Source: Bigelowiella natans CCMP2755 (Eukaryota > Protista > Cercozoa). Taken from it: a stretch of DNA of 64,000 nucleotides. The stretch covers positions 124,001 to 188,000 of the forward strand of contig ADNK01000149.1 in the NCBI GenBank assembly GCA_000320545.1, in the 5' to 3' direction. Of this stretch, positions 57,958-64,000 are shown one piece after another. The notes below the pieces were generated by a model. It was given only the letters and a program-made list of their open reading frames with translations. It made no database searches and was not told the DNA's origin. Position numbers and translations under genes: made by a program. How positions within the stretch are numbered: the first letter of the stretch is position 1; the number at the start of each line of letters is the position of its first letter.

Positions 57958-60900
57958 GCGCGCGAGTAATCCTCTTCCTCCTATTTCTAGGTTACACTGT
58001 TCCCAAAGAGCGCCTCTTACCTCAAGTCCCACCTAGTGGTGAGGGTGAAGCATGGCAAGACGCAGTACGTGGGGGTTGGGGCCACGGTAGAGGTGCCGGT
58101 GTTCAAAATAACGCCTTCACCGTGTCTGTCGCTCTCGACTTGCTTCATCGGTGTGCCCAGGAAAATCGAGTTCACGTTGAAAAACATGACGAAGCTTGCC
58201 GGCGTGTATCACTGGGAGGCGCAGGACCTTCCAGAGTAATGTTGTCTCTAATAGAGGGAGGGTGTGTGTGATATCAATTATGACCTCCGGGATGGGTATT
58301 TGCTGATGATGCTTCATTTGACTTATGAATGCACAGCGTGTTGCTGCTTTACCAATCTACGGTTGCACATACATTCCCGCCATCCATTCCCTTTTGCTAA
58401 AACCCCCTCCACCCACACCACAGATATGCCATTGACTTTGAGCCGCGTGAAGGCTCTTTATTGGGAGATGGGGAGCAAAAGATAACAGCCCACGTGATGC
58501 CTCGATCTGCTGGTCCCCTGCACGTGTTGGTGGGGTGCGACGTCGAGGGTCTGACAAATCCCATCGGCCTGGAGATCAAGGGAGAAACGCTTCCTTTGTG
58601 TGTATCTTGCCACAACATGCATAAGGAGGACACCCAGAACCCAGATGTTGATTCCTCCACCAAGAGAAAGGCGATGGAGAAGTGGTTAAAGAAGCAGCAG
58701 GGGGGGACTGGTAAGAGATACAGCGAAAGGGAATACGAAAAAGCGCTTTTTGAACGAATATACCCGACCACGGAGCCACCTCCTGACAACAAGAGTTGGT
58801 GCCCGCACGTCACCGGTTCGTTAGACGTGCTAAACTTCGGTAATAACTGCGAGATATTCTCCCAGCAGAGCAGCACGATGGTCCTCCGCAACCACTCGGG
58901 CATTCGAACACGCTTCAGCGTAAGCCTCGCAACACACTTGATCGTCGACTCGTTGCCAGAGGAGAAGAAAACGACGACGACGAGTAAGAAGAGCAAAGAG
59001 GAGAAGAAAAAGAAAAATAGCACTGGCGGTAGGAAGAAACCCAGTCTGGTAAGGAGCTCGTCCATGCGCAGCAGAAGAAATCTCTTAACGGAGACCGATC
59101 AAAACCCCAGACTCGATGGTAGCTACGAAGAAGGGGCGCGCTTTCGCTCGGAGAAGGGACAAGATTATATCCACGGTTTCGAGGTAACGAAAGGGCGGAA
59201 CAAGATACTGGAGGAGGCCAAGGGCATTGCATTCTGCGTAACGCCAAGCAGTGGTGTAATTGAGCCCTTCGGACTCATCCGAGTGAATGTTGCTTGTATT
59301 AATAACATGTGTGGGCGTTTTACTGACGAGATGGAACTGAAGATCGAAGGCATGATGCCGAAGATAATTCCTGTTGAGGTATAAAAATTTTAGTCGTAGA
59401 ATCGGCATGCATGGGTACACAACATTTTCCTCCATTTACTATTCTTTTCAAAATACATACACGGCCTCTGTCAGCGAGCTAATAGATGACATCAATGGAT
59501 TACAGATTGGCGTGATGGGATCTCCAGTGTCGTTCCCGAAGGACAACCCAGGCATGCGATGGGAAATGGGAGGCAAGCGCGCGACTCTTGCGTGGCGAGA
59601 CGTGCCATTGAAGACTGGGCGCTATACGAAAGCTATCAGCGTCGAGAACAAGGGCCCGGTAGTACGTAGTAGCAGCTGCAAACAACAATGAGAATATTAA
59701 CAGGAATAGCAGCTGGATCGAGAGAGAGATATTATCTTTAACAGAATTGGAAGCGATTTATGATTATTTTTCCTATTGTCCTGCTGTGCATATCTATTTG
59801 GGCTCTAGGTGGCAGTGCAAGTACGCTGGTCGATGCACGATTTTCGGATGGCACAGCACAAAGGCCTCGTTAATGTGGACATAGATGTGCTTCCTGGCAA
59901 TAACAACGACGATGAGAAAAACAGAGACGTAGATGCGGTTGATGAAAAGAAAGACGACGAGGGCAAGACAGCATCGAATGAGGCCACGCCAGCTCCAACA
60001 ACAGGAGATGATTGCGTGAGACTCAAGCTTAAGCCTTACTCCCATCCCGAAGTCACTGGAGAGGAGAAGAAATCGTATTTCTTCAGCATCGATAAGTATG
60101 TACCCTTCTAATTATTGACATATGTGAACAGAGCAGCATGAACAGCAAATTGAAGAGAGAGAAGTTGGGGGAGAGAAATACTACAACTCACACTCACAGA
60201 CCACTTCGTCATTATTCTTCTGCCTTCTCCCCCCCCCATCACTCTAAAAATTTTGCTAATTGTGTGGACTAGTATGTGAGCTGTGCATTAAAATAGGAAG
60301 AGTTTTGTGTTTTATGATATATTGCTCACTACTTTCCTCAGGAGTGAACTCATAATCGCACCGCACTCCCGAGCCAAGATGCGCGTGACGTTTGATTCTG
60401 ACAATGTAGCTGAAGAAGCTGCGCAGAGTGCTGCGTTCCTGCAAGGAAAGCTCTTCGTCAAGAAAGAAGATGCCAAGCTCCTTACACCTGGATCTGGAGA
60501 GGAGAATAGTAGCTTAAAAGGTAAAAGAGTGTGTTGGCATCCTGATACGTTTACATAGTCTCAATTTCTTCATGCATGCTTACGAAAGAGTGTCTGTACG
60601 AAAAGTAGATAGCTGATGCTATTCTTTTTTGTTCCATACTTTCATTCCGTCGACGCAGAAGACATAAACGCCAGTGTGAACGTGGAGCTGATAGAAGATA
60701 GTGACAATGATGTTGACGAGATCGCTTCAAGCAGAGGCGACAGCAAGATGCAGACCGTGCTGTGCGACATTGATCGCTTTGAGAGGCAGCTGAAACGTCA
60801 GCGCAATAAAAGTGCTGGAAAAGGAGCTGAATCTCCTGCTGATAGCAAAAACTTATCTGAACAACAGCAAAAGGATGCTTCCGAAGCCCAGTTGTCAGCA

Positions 60901-62145
60901 ACATCTCCCTCCTCTTCCTCCTCCTCCTCCTCCTCCTGGGTTCCTGCACCAGCTCCCCTCGATTCTGAGTCACTGATGCTGTCGCTAGAGGCGCGTGCCA
61001 CTGCCTCCATAGCCATCGTCGACAAGCGAAAGGGCAATAACGGTAAACAGAGGGTGAAGTTCGTCACCGGTCCTTACCAGGATTCATCATCGTCGTCTTC
61101 CTCCCTCGTTGCAGCACCTAGAACGACAACACTGGGTGGGCCCGCACGGGTAACGGCTCTGGTAAAAACAGTGCCCGTGTCTAATCGCTCGCGGAGCATA
61201 ATGCAATTCAAGGTGACTGCGGAGCCTCAAGACTGGTACCGCGTAGAATACGTCACCGACACCCCCGGTGATGCCGAACAGGCCCGAAGTAAAGTTCTCA
61301 AACGCATACTTCGCGGTAAAAAGACGAAAAAGGCTGGAGTCACTTTCGGCGCTACTACGGCAGACATCAGTGACACACCTCATCTTCTGGAGCCTGGTGA
61401 GGCTGTACATGTAGGCGTTCGTTTTGTGCCATGCCCTCCTTCGGATACGAAGCGATGGCCTGTCAAGAGGACCGTGGAGAAGGCAGGGGCTCTCGTCCTC
61501 AACCTCGAAGGCGGTCGTAAGCAAAAGATCGATCTCAAGGGCATGATGCTACGGCCGAGTCTTGAGCTCAACCATACCTATGGAAAGCCGAAGGCCTTTT
61601 TCACCACTAAGGCCTTCGATTTTGATTTTGGTGGAGTGTTCGTGAAGATGAGGCAATCTGTGGTGCTGCAGCTCAGGAACCCAACCATTATCAACGCCAA
61701 ATGGCGCATAAAACATGTGCCAAGGGGGCAGTCCGCAGACACTAGCAGCATGAAGGTTTCCACCCTGCGAGACCTCAACCTCCGCGATTTCGACCTGGAC
61801 GCACACACCGTCGACGACCCCAGTGTTTTCTCTTTCTCACAAATGTTTGGCGAGGTAAATGCTCGGTCCCGTGCCCCTGCTGTAGGGTTCGCGACGAAGC
61901 TAGATGAGGATATTAACAATCTCGTAGAAACTCTGCGTGGCGGTAAGACCTTCGCCGATACACGGCCGGTGCGGATGCGCCACGACGGGCTCGAGCATAT
62001 GAATGTACAGGCTCGTTTCTCGCCGAAAGATACTCGTGAATATCTCTGTCGCTACCGACTAGAGGTTGAGCACGGATATCCTAGCAGCATCGATATTGAG
62101 CTTAGAGGCTGCGGAACATTGGATGAAAGCAAACGGCGATCGTGA
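53584..62145 (+). CDS. DLEC1: DLEC1/CFAP81-like ciliary central-apparatus protein with tandem ASH/Ig-like domains, multi-exon
   Basis: KLNFLKNPRF, VLFDAYEPGSTYTAKV|RVTNRSALSRRIKILPPSTKFF...GMVAPGMQITITVSFTPNSLAPFEDAF, ACINNMCGRFTDEM, and C-terminal FDFGGVFV...LRNPTIINAKW...IELRGCGTLDE, typical of DLEC1. Confidence 0.88.
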
Positions 62146-62525
62146 TGTGATTTTTCCATAATGTTAAAAGTTCTATATAGAAGCTATATATTATTCAACG
62201 GATGTACATGGTGGTAAAGTATGTTTGCAGAGAAGGCGGGACCCGAATTGAACAGATGCAGCGCTGTGATGTTGTGCGTGATATCATGATACGCACAGTA
62301 GAAGCTATAATATTGCTTTACTGTATGTATATATTGCCTGTTACTGTTACATGGGGACGCAGTGCATGCACTGCTTGTATACATCTAGCTAGACATGTGT
62401 GTATGAGTCCGACGTAGCACAGTAGCATAATAAAATAAATTCATTCTTCTTACATTTTGATTCAATTTTCATCTTAATATAGTTGCATGGTGCGGCCCAT
62501 GCAGCATGTGTGCGATGCAATGACT

Positions 62526-62616
62526 ATAGTTCAGCTGCCTTAGGTACATATAGCTATAGGATGACCATGTTGGAAAGATTTCATCGCTTCATTGCATCCA
62601 TCTCATAGTTCAGCTG
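62526..62616 (+). repeat. Copy of the ~80-bp intergenic hairpin repeat, flanked by a 12-bp direct repeat ATAGTTCAGCTG
   Basis: TAGGATGACCAT...TTCATTGCATCCATCTCATA aligns with 43624-43672. ATAGTTCAGCTG occurs at 62526 and 62605. Confidence 0.75.
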
Positions 62617-62807
62617 TCAATAATTATACGCAAGCACATCTATTCGATCGATCAAGCCGCCATCACATGCATCGCTTGCAATGGGTGTACTAGCATTACA
62701 CATAGCAATTGTTACATAGTAGCATGCATCGCACGCTCACGTAGAATATTAGGCTCTTGTTGTTTTCAGTATCCTTTATTTGTTACATACTTTTCTGTTC
62801 CTCATTT

Positions 62808-64000
62808 TTAATCGATTAGTAATATAAATGCTAACAACCAGAACACCATCAAATGCAGATCAAATGTGCACCGATCAACGCTCCGCTCTTCAGGAAAATG
62901 GCATCCAAATAAGATTACGACGGATGCGTCCACGCCTACCCCAATCACAAGAAGCGACCACGTGAATATCACCCAGCTCTTTGATGGTTTCGTATCGACG
63001 TATCCAAAGAAGAAAGAGAGGAAACATAGGAAGGTGCCGATGCACAAGATCGATGCAACTTGCTTGGCCCTTCGGGCAATGTTGCGCACCCAGAATCTAT
63101 ACTCATTATTGTTTGGTTGGACGTATACCACTGGTATCATCACCACCCTCGGATTGTTTTGTATGTAATGCTTCCCAGCAACGGTGACGACGCTTGGCGC
63201 TGGAGGCGCACATGTCTCCCCAGAAGCATCAGATTCAAGCTCGGAAAGGAGCGTTATGGAAACCTGTTTCAATATAGATCCGCAATCCGGCAAAATGTTA
63301 ATAGCTAGGCTATGCTTTTGTTAGCGAGTCACCGACATTGCATGGATCAAAAAGTGGAAAGTAGGTTAAGCCTCTTACTTACATTGGGACTGGCTAACGA
63401 ACCAACACTTTTGCGGTCTGCTGGTGAAATCGACATGGGCTAGCGAATTTCGGTACGGTTTTGAGATCTAAGCAGCCAGGGTGTGTAGCTTTTTTCAGGA
63501 TGTCCCTAGTTACCATGCAGTCACCATTGGTATCGTCCTCTTGTAACTCCCCCTCCCCCCCAACCCGAAACGGAGTGGTTGTTCGAGGTGCTCTCTCCAG
63601 TTCTCGAAACTGCTGGCCAACCATCAGGTACCAGCGGTTTCCCCGGTTGTCGCTCTGTGAAATCCGCCTGCTTGAAAGGCAGGAATCGTATCTTTGGGAA
63701 AAATTTTGAGGATTTTCTTCCTAAGACAGAAGAGGATGCCAGTCGCAGGATACAAACCAGGGAATGGTGTCGGCGGCCTTCGGGCCAGCAGCTCCCCGAG
63801 CTCCTGCCCTGGCCCTCGTTGCGCCTACCGCTAGGTTATCCGGCAGTCACGCCTGGTGGTGCTTGACTCTAATAATAGCAACGCTATTCTTCCTTCACGA
63901 GGAAATTGGTGAGGAGGGGGAGGAGGTTGCGAGGGTTGGCAGATTCTTGAACCGTCTAGCATCAGGTGCTCCAAGACGAGATGGAGATCATACCCGACGG
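62808..64000 (-). CDS. 3' part of an uncharacterised protein with ~3 C-terminal hydrophobic segments; continues off the right edge
   Basis: ORF 62808-63293 has hydrophobic stretches (ILCIGTFLCFLSFFFGY; VIFTWSLLVIGVGVDASVVILFG; LMVFWLLAFILLI). Plausible upstream exons at ~63385-63467 and ~63513-63670. No family recognised. Confidence 0.5.

Overview
Gene-dense, intron-rich eukaryotic (protist) nuclear DNA with short GT-AG introns that often contain (CA)n/(GA)n/(TA)n microsatellites. The putative bipartite leaders and a ciliary gene suggest a flagellated secondary alga such as a chlorarachniophyte (inference only). Manual splicing gives 11 genes in strictly alternating orientation: DBP2/DDX5-like DEAD-box helicase 5' part (-), TSG101/VPS23 (+), midasin MDN1 (-), a long coiled-coil protein fused to a degenerate sugar-porter MFS domain (+), an intronless cullin (-), a DUF4416 protein (+), an MFS transporter with two apparent 1-nt deletions (-), a type I PRMT (+), a SEC14/CRAL-TRIO protein (-), DLEC1/CFAP81 (+) and a partial membrane protein (-). 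Most notable: (i) an ~80-bp two-hairpin dispersed repeat seen only in tail-to-tail intergenic spacers (4 of 5), with CTAG-rich insertions; (ii) a mainly prokaryotic DUF4416 family gene with introns and a targeting-like leader; (iii) the coiled-coil/sugar-porter fusion with an altered substrate-binding motif. Most short ORFs in the supplied track are antisense or off-frame shadows. Exon boundaries were derived by eye and are approximate.
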